Shown here piece by piece: positions 28,001 to 37,815 of a stretch of DNA of 64,000 nucleotides (the first letter of the stretch is position 1; every line of letters begins with the position of its first letter). This DNA is from Candidatus Bathyarchaeota archaeon (lineage in GTDB: Archaea > Thermoproteota > Bathyarchaeia > Bathyarchaeales > Bathycorpusculaceae), in assembly GCA_963715865.1 (NCBI GenBank), contig OY970280.1:2176001-2240000 (forward strand). The letters are read 5' to 3'. Both the position numbers and the translations under genes were made by a program. A model generated the notes under the pieces. The model was not told the origin of the DNA and did no database searches. It saw nothing but the letters and a program-made list of their open reading frames with translations.

Positions 28001-28756
28001 ATGTTTAAGCTTAAAGTGTCTGACGCTAAACTCTTAAGAGATATGGCTACAGCCATCTCAATCCTAGTAGACGAAGCAACCTTCAAAATTGACCCTGACG
28101 GCTTAAAACTACGCGCCATGGACCCCTCACGGGTTGCCATGATTGATTTCGAATGGCCAAAAACTATCTTTCAAGAATACGTGTCCACAGAGCCATCGAA
28201 AATGTGCATAAACATAAGCGAACTACTAAAACTCCTCAAACGCGTAGGAAGAGACGAGGCAGTCGAGTTATCTCTCGATGACAAAACTGGACGATTACTA
28301 GTAACAATAACTGGAAAATACAGCAGAAACTTCACAATGCCAACCCTTGAAGCCTCAGAAGAAGAAGTACCCACTCCAAAAATAACCTTCAACGTAAAAG
28401 CTAAAACCACAACTCAAGGCTTAAGCGAAGCAATCGAAGACGCTCAACTAGTAAGCGACCATGTGCGAATAGAAGCTGAACCAGAAAAACTAACCCTAAG
28501 CGCTTCAGGCGACTTAATGGGCGCCACCATAACTCTCCAGAAAGGTAGTGATGCGTTGCTTGATTTGGAAGTAAAGGAAAATGCAAAAGCAACATTTAGC
28601 CTAAGCTACCTATCTGAAATCATAAAAGCTGCGTCAGCCACATCAGACATCGCCACGCTTGAATTCTCCACCGACATGCCTGTGAGAATAGACTTCCAAC
28701 AAACAAAAGAGGGAAAACTAACCTTCTTCTTGGCACCAAGAATCGAAACAGAATAA
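28001..28756 (+). CDS. pcn: PCNA sliding clamp
   Basis: LRAMDPSRVAMID, FSLSYL, FSTDMP, FFLAPRIE. Confidence 0.96.
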   Translation: MFKLKVSDAKLLRDMATAISILVDEATFKIDPDGLKLRAMDPSRVAMIDFEWPKTIFQEYVSTEPSKMCINISELLKLLKRVGRDEAVELSLDDKTGRLLVTITGKYSRNFTMPTLEASEEEVPTPKITFNVKAKTTTQGLSEAIEDAQLVSDHVRIEAEPEKLTLSASGDLMGATITLQKGSDALLDLEVKENAKATFSLSYLSEIIKAASATSDIATLEFSTDMPVRIDFQQTKEGKLTFFLAPRIETE

Positions 28757-28757
28757 C

Positions 28758-29804
28758 GTGACTAAATTGCAAATCGAATCGGCGGGATTCACAAAAAACG
28801 ATTTAGCAAAATATCCCTTTTTAAAAGAAACCGCCGAATACATCAAACCCTTAGACATACAAATAAATGATTTAACAAGCATGGGCATGGACCAGATTCT
28901 GAAACGTGCCGAAGAACGGGTTAACGAAGCAATAGTAAACAGAAGCGTCAGTAGAAACGTGAAAAAAATAGACCTTGAAATACTCTCCTTTCCCGTCGCG
29001 ATCCTACTTGTAATTGCTACTGAAAACTCTTTTATTAAAAAGAGATATGCGTTGGCAGAGGCAAAGCAAGCATCCAGCGATTTAGTTAATGAACCTAAAG
29101 AAAAAATCCTCAAAATAGCCCACGATTTTGATTGGAAAATAAAACTCACGCCCAAGGAAAACTGCGACTCGCCTTTAGAGTTTACCATTAACTTCACGGA
29201 TTACTTAAGAAACACAGCTCATTTACATGACAAAAAATGGAAACTAACAAACAGCATTCTGTCTAATGGCAATATTTACTTAAACAAAAAAGACGTAGCA
29301 AGATTACTGGAAGAAGAAATTCGCAGGCGCATAGAAAAAAGACTAGAAGCGAAGCTCCCAAAGTATCCGCCTGAATTAACTGTCATAGCTGAAAGAGTGA
29401 AAAAACTGGCAGCTGAAAGAATTGGGCAGACAGAGACAGAGGAGCTTCCAAAAGTCGTTGTTCAAGCCGCTTTTCCACCGTGCATAAACGCACTTTATGA
29501 AGCAGCATCTTCAAGCCATCATCTTTCGCATATTGAACGGTTTACTTTGACCTCTTTTCTTGTTAACATTGGAATGTCACCAGAAAGTGTGAATGAATTG
29601 TTCAAAACCTTCTCAGATTACAATGAAAGGTTAACTCGCTATCAAATCGAGCATATTGCAGGAGAAAGAGGTTCCGGAACACGCTATACTCCTCCTCAAT
29701 GCTCCGTCTTGCAAACGCATGGTGTATGCAAAAACAGAGATGATTTATGCCGCCGAATTTATCATCCTCTTGCCTATTATAAACGGAAACAAAAGCTTGG
29801 TTAA
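28758..29804 (+). CDS. priL: DNA primase large subunit
   Basis: AKYPFL, FPPCI, HIERF, TRYQIEHI, YTPPQC..LQTHGVC, HPLAYY. Confidence 0.94.
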   Translation: MTKLQIESAGFTKNDLAKYPFLKETAEYIKPLDIQINDLTSMGMDQILKRAEERVNEAIVNRSVSRNVKKIDLEILSFPVAILLVIATENSFIKKRYALAEAKQASSDLVNEPKEKILKIAHDFDWKIKLTPKENCDSPLEFTINFTDYLRNTAHLHDKKWKLTNSILSNGNIYLNKKDVARLLEEEIRRRIEKRLEAKLPKYPPELTVIAERVKKLAAERIGQTETEELPKVVVQAAFPPCINALYEAASSSHHLSHIERFTLTSFLVNIGMSPESVNELFKTFSDYNERLTRYQIEHIAGERGSGTRYTPPQCSVLQTHGVCKNRDDLCRRIYHPLAYYKRKQKLG

Positions 29805-29876
29805 AATCAGGCTGATTCATTAGCTAAGATTTATTAGTTTACTGCTATAGAATGAGTTAGAACGAGTTAGAGTCCT

Positions 29877-30620
29877 ATGTATTATCAATTAATTGGCAAT
29901 AGCATGGTCGGCTCCGAAATTGGGATAATTCTTCCCACCTATCGAGAAGCCGAAAACATCTCCAAATTAATTGATGACATTGAGAATCTAAAATTAAACA
30001 GTTCAATACTCGTTATCGATGATTCAAGCCCAGATAAAACCGCGAAAATCGTGCAAGAAAAACAGAACAAATACAGTAATATTCTTCTGTATGTTAGACC
30101 TAAAAAAAGCGGTTTAGGCTCAGCCATAACCGACGGCTTTAAATTTTTTTTATCCTCGAAACAAACACCAAAATACATTGTTACAATGGATGCTGACTAC
30201 TCGCATGACCCTAAAGCTATCCCACAACTCCTATCAAGCATGTATGAGGCTGATTGCGGAATAGTAATCGGTAGCAGATACTGTAGAGGAGGCAACATAG
30301 TGGGTTGGCCTTTCACTAGAAAAATAATCAGTCGAATTGCTAACTTTATAGCCAAGTTTTCCCTTGGCTTAAAACTTCACGACTGCACCAGTGGCTTTCG
30401 CTGCTACTCCACAAAGTTTCTAAGAGTAACCGTTGGCAACTTGCATAGTCAGACTTATGAAATCCAAATAGAAACCATAAGGCAAGCCGTTCTGAGGAAT
30501 TTCAACGTAAAAGAAACCCCTATTTTATTTGTTAACCGAAAACGCGGAAAATCCAAACTTACTTGGACTGAAATCCAAAGCTACATAACTTACACTTTAA
30601 AGGCAATCTCACGTCCATAA
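29877..30620 (+). CDS. GT2 polyprenol-phosphate mannose synthase (Dpm1-like)
   Basis: IILPTYREAENI, VIDDSSPDKT, GLGSA, MDADYSHDP, IGSRY, DCTSGFR. Confidence 0.88.
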   Translation: MYYQLIGNSMVGSEIGIILPTYREAENISKLIDDIENLKLNSSILVIDDSSPDKTAKIVQEKQNKYSNILLYVRPKKSGLGSAITDGFKFFLSSKQTPKYIVTMDADYSHDPKAIPQLLSSMYEADCGIVIGSRYCRGGNIVGWPFTRKIISRIANFIAKFSLGLKLHDCTSGFRCYSTKFLRVTVGNLHSQTYEIQIETIRQAVLRNFNVKETPILFVNRKRGKSKLTWTEIQSYITYTLKAISRP

Positions 30621-30691
30621 GGCTTGGTTAGCCAACACTTATTTTTAGTTATAACAGAATTAAATACTTCTTGGTTGCTATTTTCGATTAA

Positions 30692-32383
30692 ATGAAGGCG
30701 CACTTGGTGAAACGCCTTGGCACAGCTAAAACGCTTCTTTTTGCAACTATTCTACTTTTAGTGCTAAGCATAGTCCTCGCCGTCGTTAGCTTATTTCCAA
30801 TAAATACAGGCGGTAACCAATCATATGTTTTGATTAACGACACTTTCCAATTAAGTCCAAACGAAATATACAGGCAAGGTTTAGGATCCTTTCATGGCGG
30901 AGAAAACATTTCGCTTTTAGTTCAGTGCCCAACAGCTTTCCAAAAAAATTTTTCAATAATAACTTATAATGGCTTGCGCTATTCTAATTTTTCACAATTA
31001 GACATTGCCTACTCGTTTACTGCAGGCGCTGACTATTACGAAGCAGTTTTTTTCTCCGAATCACCTAACGCCGGTATGGTTCATTTTCAAGTATCTGTTC
31101 AAGAACCGAAAGCCGTCTTTCCATACTCGTGGCTTACAGAAATCTCAAAAATCATGTTCCTTCTCAGTTTAGGCCTAGTAATACTTGTAATGTTAAAAAT
31201 AGTATTCTCCAACTTCTCCAACTTTAAATCGAATACGTTTAGCCTGCCGTCTCTTAGCGAGAAAAACGGCCGATACCTCTTGGTCTTACTTTTGTTATCA
31301 CTTGTGTTTTGGCTTTTACTTCTTGCGGTAAACGCGAATCCACTTGCAACGTTCGAAAATTGGTACACCGACCATGCTAGAGACTCTTATGTTTCCAGCT
31401 TGTTTCTTAAAAATGGTTTTTCAGTTTTTGATGAACCCTTAGGCAAACTAGCAAGCCTTGACAATTCATACTACAAATTCGTAACATGGCCCGAAATGCC
31501 TCACCTGTACCCGTTAGGCAGCATTTTCTTGTTCTTACCTTTTGGTGTTCTTCTCCAAAACGGTTTTGACGCGATTTTGGTCTACAGAATTGAGATAGCC
31601 ATTTTTCTAGTCTTTGCTCATATCTGCCTATATTTTTTCCTCAAAAATTTCTTAAAAAAAGACTTGGTTTGGCTATTGAAAGCTTTGGGAGTTTATATTA
31701 TTTATGTTACTTTAGTGATTTACGCTGCTGACGGCATGTTTGATTCAGTTGCTTTCCTGTTTTCTTTGTTAGCTTTATCCATGTTTATGACGGAGCGTTA
31801 TGATTACTTCTTTTTGCTTGTTGCTGTTTCTGTATTTTTTAAGTATCAAGCAGGCATTTTCCTGTTGCCTCTAATTATTGTTGGTTTAATGAAGCTTTTT
31901 GAGAAAAACAAGTTAAGCAATTTACTAAGGAATAAGGCTGTAGTTGCCGGTGCCGCTTTAGGATTTGTTAGCGTGTTCACTGCCACGTTAAGCGCGCCTT
32001 ACTTGCTAGCAACTGGGCCACAGTTGATTATGAACGGTATCAACGCTTTTTCACCCAACTCACAAATCTCATGGACGCTTCAATCCTTCTCGATTTTGTT
32101 GACGCTTGCAGCAACCCTTGCTTTCTCAGCTTATATGCTAAACAAGAACAGTTTGCTTTCTTTATCAGCGCTTTTTATGCTGTTGCCTAGTTTTATGCTA
32201 CCTTACTTTCAGAATTGGTACTTACCTTTCATTTTTATATATGTGCTGATTCCTCAGCAGAAAAAAGAGTTAGAGGTCACTATGGTATGGTTACTCTTTA
32301 TGATTGTGGTGCTCTCTTTTGGTGGGGTTTCCTTTAATCCTCTGCAGATTTTTGGCGGTCTTAAGAGTTTGCTTAACCTTTGA
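30692..32383 (+). CDS. Multi-pass membrane protein, probable GT-C-fold glycosyltransferase with an N-terminal extracytoplasmic domain
   Basis: About 12 TM segments; loop WYTDHARD, HLYPLG, DGMFDS and FKYQ resemble GT87/PIG-M-like motifs; directly downstream of the Dpm1-like gene. Confidence 0.55.
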   Translation: MKAHLVKRLGTAKTLLFATILLLVLSIVLAVVSLFPINTGGNQSYVLINDTFQLSPNEIYRQGLGSFHGGENISLLVQCPTAFQKNFSIITYNGLRYSNFSQLDIAYSFTAGADYYEAVFFSESPNAGMVHFQVSVQEPKAVFPYSWLTEISKIMFLLSLGLVILVMLKIVFSNFSNFKSNTFSLPSLSEKNGRYLLVLLLLSLVFWLLLLAVNANPLATFENWYTDHARDSYVSSLFLKNGFSVFDEPLGKLASLDNSYYKFVTWPEMPHLYPLGSIFLFLPFGVLLQNGFDAILVYRIEIAIFLVFAHICLYFFLKNFLKKDLVWLLKALGVYIIYVTLVIYAADGMFDSVAFLFSLLALSMFMTERYDYFFLLVAVSVFFKYQAGIFLLPLIIVGLMKLFEKNKLSNLLRNKAVVAGAALGFVSVFTATLSAPYLLATGPQLIMNGINAFSPNSQISWTLQSFSILLTLAATLAFSAYMLNKNSLLSLSALFMLLPSFMLPYFQNWYLPFIFIYVLIPQQKKELEVTMVWLLFMIVVLSFGGVSFNPLQIFGGLKSLLNL

Positions 32384-32472
32384 TGTAAATATACGATTTG
32401 ACTGGGCAGGCGTACATAGATAAATTTAGGAAGAGTAATCATTATATTCACTAGCAAAAGGGGTAAGGGAAC

Positions 32473-33696
32473 ATGGAGGCTTCTCGAGACTTTGTTTATC
32501 AAAAATTCTGTGAATACTATCGAGATCCTTCTACGGTGATTCCTGCACCGGTTTTGCTTGGCCAAAGAGAATTCGCCTATCTACTCTTCAAGGAACGGTT
32601 TATGGTTAGGCACAGAAGGTTTGACGGAATCAACAACCTAAAGTTAGTGCTTAGCGAAACTGTTCCGTCGGATGTTTATCATTCTTGCGCTTACTATGAA
32701 AACCCAGACTTTGACATGGACAAAAAAGGTTGGTTAGGCGCTGACTTAGTCTTCGATATAGACGCTGACCACATTCCAACATCTTGCAATAAAATCCACG
32801 ATGAATTCACATGCAGCAAATGCGGGTTTAGCGGTAGGGGAATAACTCCAGAAACTTGCCCTGCCTGCGAAGGAACAAAATTTGAAACCAAAACTTGGTC
32901 TTGCGAGCTTTGCATAAAATCCGCTCGAGAAGAGACCGCCAAGCTGATTGACATGTTGGAGAATGATTTAGGTTTTTCTTTAGATGAGTTGCATGTGTTT
33001 TTTTCTGGTCACCGAGGATACCACGTACATGTCGAGAACGAAGCCGTACGGTCATTAGATGCTATGGCAAGGAAGGAAATCGTTGATTACGTTACCGGAT
33101 TAGGCTTAGCCATATTGGATAAAGATGCTAAAGAGAAACGTGGAAAGCATGCCGCTAAAAAATTTAGCTTGCACAATTTTGGCTGGAATAAGCGATTAAA
33201 ATTGGGAATGCAAAATTTTCTCCTCACTGCAACCAAGGAAGATTTTAAAAACATTGGTTTAAAGAATAATGTACTCTTGAAAAACAAGGAAGCTATCATT
33301 AAACGTTGCATAAATGATGGTCGATGGGAGAGCATTAACGGGGTCAGCGTTCAAACATGGCTAAAACTGGCTGAGCATGTGAGGGATTTGCAGTCGGCAA
33401 AGATCGATACGGTTGTCACTACTGATGTTCACCGTTTAATCAGGATGAACGGTACCTTGCATGGCAAAACAGGATTAAAAAAAATCGAGTTTCCAGCTAA
33501 AAACCTGCAGGATTTTGATCCGTTTACTGAAGCGGTAGCTTTTAAAAAGGGAGAGGTTAAAGTGTTGGTCTCTAATGTGCCAGAGTTTAGGTTGGGTGGA
33601 GAAACTTTGGGTCCATACAAGAATGAAACGAAAGAGTTGCCTGTCGCAGCGGCAGTGATGCTTATCTGCAAGGGAAGGGCTAAGGTGGCAAACTAA
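32473..33696 (+). CDS. priS: DNA primase small (catalytic) subunit
   Basis: REFAY, DVYHSCAYY, DLVFDIDADH, FSGHRGYHVH, VTTDVHRLIRM..TLHGKTG; internal zinc finger. Confidence 0.95.
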   Translation: MEASRDFVYQKFCEYYRDPSTVIPAPVLLGQREFAYLLFKERFMVRHRRFDGINNLKLVLSETVPSDVYHSCAYYENPDFDMDKKGWLGADLVFDIDADHIPTSCNKIHDEFTCSKCGFSGRGITPETCPACEGTKFETKTWSCELCIKSAREETAKLIDMLENDLGFSLDELHVFFSGHRGYHVHVENEAVRSLDAMARKEIVDYVTGLGLAILDKDAKEKRGKHAAKKFSLHNFGWNKRLKLGMQNFLLTATKEDFKNIGLKNNVLLKNKEAIIKRCINDGRWESINGVSVQTWLKLAEHVRDLQSAKIDTVVTTDVHRLIRMNGTLHGKTGLKKIEFPAKNLQDFDPFTEAVAFKKGEVKVLVSNVPEFRLGGETLGPYKNETKELPVAAAVMLICKGRAKVAN

Positions 33697-34245
33697 ATGT
33701 ACAATGAACTTTATGCAGCATGGCTAAGAGAAATTGAAGAAGCTTCGCTTGGGGGTTTACCGCCTGACTTCTACGCTAGAATAGCAGATTACCTGAGGCG
33801 TATAAGAGAAGAGAACAGGATGCTTGATAAAAAATCCGTCAAAGTAAACCTGCTAGACCGTGAAGCGCAGAACGTGAAGCGGATGCTTGAGGAACTGCTT
33901 TGGGCAAGATACAAAAAATTAGTCAAAACAATCACCCAAAGCCAAAAGTTGCCGTCTGAATTGTTAACGATTGAAGAAGCTAAGACATGTGAGAGTTTTG
34001 TCGTTTTCACGGACGCATACCAAAAATTCGCTAAAGACCTCATGCAAGGTCAAACTGCTAAAGTGGATACCGAAGTTAGTAATAAACGAATGACCTTAAG
34101 ATTCACAAAAACTATTCCAGCCATTATCGGCGCAGACATGAAGACTTATGGGCCCTTTATGGTTGAGGATGTTGCTTCTTTGCCTGTTGAGAACGCTAAA
34201 ATTTTGGTTAAACAGGGCTTAGCTGTGTTGGTTGAGGTTTCCTAG
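33697..34245 (+). CDS. gins15: GINS subunit Gins15 (Gins51)
   Basis: LPPDFY A-domain and C-terminal IPAIIGADMKTYGPF..EDVASLP.ENA; adjacent to priS. Confidence 0.85.
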   Translation: MYNELYAAWLREIEEASLGGLPPDFYARIADYLRRIREENRMLDKKSVKVNLLDREAQNVKRMLEELLWARYKKLVKTITQSQKLPSELLTIEEAKTCESFVVFTDAYQKFAKDLMQGQTAKVDTEVSNKRMTLRFTKTIPAIIGADMKTYGPFMVEDVASLPVENAKILVKQGLAVLVEVS

Positions 34246-35307
34246 GTTTTCTGCGGTTAGAGCTGATTTTCCACTTTTAATTTTTCTCCACAAACCTTGG
34301 CTTGCAAGAATAATCAGTGGATAAGAAACAATCCATGCAATCGAGTATAATGGGCCATAGTAGAAGTGGAACATTTGCACTTGATTTGAGTTAACGCCAA
34401 ACTCCATGCCAATAGTGAAGATTGTGGCTATTCGCAGGACATTTATGAAGTAGGTGACGGCTACGCCGACGATGAAGTATCCTGTTTTGGCTTTCCAAGA
34501 GATTGACATCTGCTGCAAAAAAAGCAAAGCAACAGCCGTGAAAATTAGGAGGCTTTCAATGCCTGCACAAGGCCAAGCTATCGAGAATTTAGCTGTTCCC
34601 AAAGGTCCTGTAGCTTGCATGGTTGGCATTCCGTTTTCTGTTCCAAGCAAAGTCGTGTATCCCATGAAGCCAAGGACACCAGCGGCGAGCATGGCGGTTG
34701 TCGGAACCAATAGTTGGAACGGTGTAAATTCCCCATAAGGAAAAACGTTATCGATAGTGTATAGAACTCCAACTAACCCGACAAACAAAGCTGGTAAAGC
34801 AAAACCAGCTAAACCTTTTTTCCCAAAATAAAGAAAAACGGTAAAGCAAAAGAGAACAGAGAAAACAAGGTACTCAATTGCAAGCGGCATTGAACCGGAA
34901 AAAGCAACACCGCTTTGCAGGGCCGAGTTTGCAATGGCACCGTTTAACCCAAAATAATTCTCAAAAACCACGTACATTGTAGGAAGCAACAAGGCTATGG
35001 CGACAGCGAGTAGCCTTGCCTTATTCTGCTTGCTTATTTTTGGCTTGATGGTTTCCCAGCTGAGGATAAACTCCAGCGCTATTAACCAAATGAAGAACAA
35101 TTGGAAGGTTCTGCCCTTCCACATTAACTCAAACGAATCTCGAGCACTAAGGTTTAGGTATGGATCCAGCGGATTCAACACATATAGCAGAGCTAACGGA
35201 GCTATGAACGCAAATAGCGGCAGTAGTTTAATCACGGTATCTGAGTGGCTCTTAATTTTTGGAAGAATATTTAACATGAATGAATTCATACCCGAAGACT
35301 GATACAA
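34219..35307 (-). CDS. Exosortase/archaeosortase family protein (thaumarchaeosortase-like)
   Basis: Multi-TM with WPCAGIESL (Cys), INVLRI (Arg) and FHFYYG (His), matching the family catalytic triad. Confidence 0.8.
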   Translation of the reverse strand: MYQSSGMNSFMLNILPKIKSHSDTVIKLLPLFAFIAPLALLYVLNPLDPYLNLSARDSFELMWKGRTFQLFFIWLIALEFILSWETIKPKISKQNKARLLAVAIALLLPTMYVVFENYFGLNGAIANSALQSGVAFSGSMPLAIEYLVFSVLFCFTVFLYFGKKGLAGFALPALFVGLVGVLYTIDNVFPYGEFTPFQLLVPTTAMLAAGVLGFMGYTTLLGTENGMPTMQATGPLGTAKFSIAWPCAGIESLLIFTAVALLFLQQMSISWKAKTGYFIVGVAVTYFINVLRIATIFTIGMEFGVNSNQVQMFHFYYGPLYSIAWIVSYPLIILASQGLWRKIKSGKSALTAENLGNLNQHS

Positions 35308-35574
35308 TGTAACGGTATCTTCAATTTAAAAAAGGATGCGTCTTTACACCAGTACTCCTATTGCCAGAATTAAGAACAGAATAAGCTACAAACGCTTCCG
35401 TTTTCTTAAGTAGAAACTTGAAGACATAGAGAGCACTAGGCGTCTTATTGATTGCTTTAAATAAGGGGCTGTAGAATTTTCCGCCGCTAGTTCAATTGGC
35501 TGGAAGTCCCAAGTTTTTGGCAGATAGGTGAAAAAGTATAAGAATGCGTATGTTTCTTTTATGCAAAGCTGGTA

Positions 35575-35859
35575 GTGAGTAACGTGAACGTTCCTAAAGA
35601 AGTTAAAACTTATTGCCCAAAATGTAAAACTCATCAAATTCACAGTGTAACCCTCTACAAGGCTGGAAAGCGAAGAGCCTTAGCTCATGGCGAACGCCAC
35701 CACGAAAGAGAAAAGAAGGGTTACGGTGGACAAAAATATCCACTTCAAAGAGAATTCGCAAAAACAACCAAAAAACAAACCCTGCGCCTTAAATGCAAAG
35801 TTTGCAATTATATGAGGCACAAAGACGGCATTCGCCTCAGAAAACTAGTTATACAATAA
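35575..35859 (+). CDS. rpl44e: 50S ribosomal protein L44e
   Basis: TYCPKCKTH, GYGGQKYP, AKTTKK..LRLKC. Confidence 0.96.
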   Translation: MSNVNVPKEVKTYCPKCKTHQIHSVTLYKAGKRRALAHGERHHEREKKGYGGQKYPLQREFAKTTKKQTLRLKCKVCNYMRHKDGIRLRKLVIQ

Positions 35860-35876
35860 TAATGGAGAAAAAAGTC

Positions 35877-36074
35877 ATGTCTGAATGGAGCAAACTTATA
35901 CCAAAACCAAGAAGCGTCTTCCTCAGAGTCAAATGCACAAAATGCGGCAACGAACAATTACTCTTCAGCAATGCTGTTAACAAGATAACCTGCAACGTAT
36001 GTGGAGAAACATTAGCTGAGCCATCTGGCGGAAGAGCAAAAATCAAAGGCGAAGTACAAGCCGTTCTTGAATAA
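35877..36074 (+). CDS. rps27e: 30S ribosomal protein S27e
   Basis: PKPRSVFLRVKCTKCGNEQ...CNVCG..LAEPSGGRA. Start placed at ATG 35877. Confidence 0.95.
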   Translation: MSEWSKLIPKPRSVFLRVKCTKCGNEQLLFSNAVNKITCNVCGETLAEPSGGRAKIKGEVQAVLE

Positions 36075-36088
36075 GGGATGAACCTTGA

Positions 36089-36874
36089 ATGGAGGAGCGT
36101 AAGCCCGAATGGCCAGAAGCTGGCGACCTAGTAATCGCTACGATAGAAACCGTCACGGATTATGGTGCTTACGCTAAACTTGACGAATACGACAAAAGAG
36201 GATTACTTCACGTCTCAGAGATTTCATCATCCTGGATAAGAAACATCCGCGACTTCGTCCGTGAAGGACAAAAAATGGTTCTAAAAGTTCTAAGAGTAGA
36301 CTTAGAAAAAGGGCACATCGACCTATCCTTAAGACGAGTTACTAAAAGGGAAAGAATAGAAAAAGTACTCTCATGGAAAAAAGAAAGAAAAGCCGAAGCA
36401 TTACTTCGTGAAGTCGCAGAAAAAGTCGGCTTAACCGACGATGAAGTTTACGAAAAAGCAGGCGCAATAATAGAAGAAAAATTCGGTTTATACGAAGGCT
36501 TCGAAAAAGCAGTAATCGAAGGACCAGAAGAACTAGTGAAAATAGGCGTACCAGAAAACCTCGCCAAAGTCTTCGCTGAAGTAGCAAAAGAACGCATCCA
36601 CGTAAAAATGGTAAAAGTAAAAGGCGTCCTCGAAATCCGCTGCATGAAACCCAATGGAGTAAAAATAATCAAAGAAGCCTTCCAAGCAGCCAAAGCTGAG
36701 AAAACAAAAGATGCAGACATAAAATTCTACGTTATCGCGGCACCAAAATACAGCATCGAAGCATTAGCTGAAAACTACAAGCGAGCCGAAGATATCCTGC
36801 AAAAAACAGCACAAAGTGTCATCTCAAACATCACAAAAGCAGGCGGGCAAGGCACTTTTAGAAGGGAAAAATAG
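36089..36874 (+). CDS. eif2a: Translation initiation factor 2 alpha
   Basis: WPEAGDLV S1 domain, LLHVSEISSSWIRNIRD, IDLSLRRV, AAPKY. Confidence 0.95.
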   Translation: MEERKPEWPEAGDLVIATIETVTDYGAYAKLDEYDKRGLLHVSEISSSWIRNIRDFVREGQKMVLKVLRVDLEKGHIDLSLRRVTKRERIEKVLSWKKERKAEALLREVAEKVGLTDDEVYEKAGAIIEEKFGLYEGFEKAVIEGPEELVKIGVPENLAKVFAEVAKERIHVKMVKVKGVLEIRCMKPNGVKIIKEAFQAAKAEKTKDADIKFYVIAAPKYSIEALAENYKRAEDILQKTAQSVISNITKAGGQGTFRREK

Positions 36875-37045
36875 TTGGTTTGGCAATTACGCAAATGCGT
36901 AAACTGCGAAAAATACACACTAAATAAAAACAGTTGCCCTTACTGTGGTGGGCCAGTCAGAATTCCGCATCCACCCAAATTCTCCCCAGACGATAAATAC
37001 CTAAAATACCGAATGGCAATGAAAAGGAGTAGCACAACACAATGA
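36875..37045 (+). CDS. nop10: H/ACA RNP protein Nop10 (56 aa, below the ORF-track cutoff)
   Basis: Manual translation: MVWQLRKCVNCEKYTLNKNSCPYCGGPVRIPHPPKFSPDDKYLKYRMAMKRSSTTQ. Confidence 0.95.
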   Translation: MVWQLRKCVNCEKYTLNKNSCPYCGGPVRIPHPPKFSPDDKYLKYRMAMKRSSTTQ

Positions 37046-37815
37046 AAGAAACCTACATCAAAGAATTCTTACAAATCGAACCAAACAATCCCATTCTCAT
37101 CGAAGGCCTTCCAGGTTTAGGACTTGTAGGCAAAATCGCCCTTCGCTACATGATCAAACAGTTAAAAGCCAAAAAAATTGCTTATCTCTACTCACCTCAC
37201 TTTCCATACTTTGTCCTAGTCAACAAAAAAGGCAACGTTCGCCTCTTAAGAGGCGCATTCTACTACTACAAAAACCCAAACGGACCAAACGACATAATCC
37301 TATTCACTGGCGATAGCCAATCCCAAACAATCGAAGGCCAATACGAAATCGCTGATCAAATTCTTGCCTTCTCAGAAAAATACAACATAAAAACAATAGC
37401 AACAATCGGCGGCTACCGAATGGAACCAAAAGAAAAACCCAAAGTCTTCATAGCAGCAACCTCGCAGGAAATCCTAGACAAAGCACTACAAGCAGGCGCA
37501 ACCCTGAGCACTTCAGGAAGCCCCATTGTTGGAACTGCAGGATTAATACTTGGTCTAGCAAGATTCAAAAAAATCAATGCACTCTGCCTGCTTGGCGAAA
37601 CACGCGGTTACCTGCCTGATCCTCTTGCGGCAAAAAGCGTTTTAGAAGTTTTAAAATCAACCTTCAACTTCGACTTAGACTTAACGGGAATGAACGAGGA
37701 AATTGCCCGAGCAGAAACAATGGTGACTCGCCTGCAGCAAATTGAAGAAAAACGAGCCTTGCAAGCTGAACAAACACGAAAAGAAGAAGATAAAAAGACC
37801 ACTTACATATCTTAA
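37042..37815 (+). CDS. PAC2-family proteasome assembly chaperone
   Basis: IEGLPGLGLVGKIA, GDSQ, TIGGY, GTAGLILG, CLLGET.GY.PDP.AA. Confidence 0.9.
   Translation: MKETYIKEFLQIEPNNPILIEGLPGLGLVGKIALRYMIKQLKAKKIAYLYSPHFPYFVLVNKKGNVRLLRGAFYYYKNPNGPNDIILFTGDSQSQTIEGQYEIADQILAFSEKYNIKTIATIGGYRMEPKEKPKVFIAATSQEILDKALQAGATLSTSGSPIVGTAGLILGLARFKKINALCLLGETRGYLPDPLAAKSVLEVLKSTFNFDLDLTGMNEEIARAETMVTRLQQIEEKRALQAEQTRKEEDKKTTYIS

Noticed and set aside
29805-29817. Palindrome AATCAG-G-CTGATT right after priL as a possible boundary of the GT cassette
   Set aside because: No matching sequence at the other end near 32384-32472; it could simply be a terminator or chance.
35344-35643. Minus-strand ORF ending RKRKRL-TAG followed in frame by LILFLILAIGVLV (possible amber read-through or sortase-substrate remnant)
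   Set aside because: It overlaps the divergent promoters and the rpl44e start. There is no pyrrolysine machinery in view, and the second segment stops after 13 codons.
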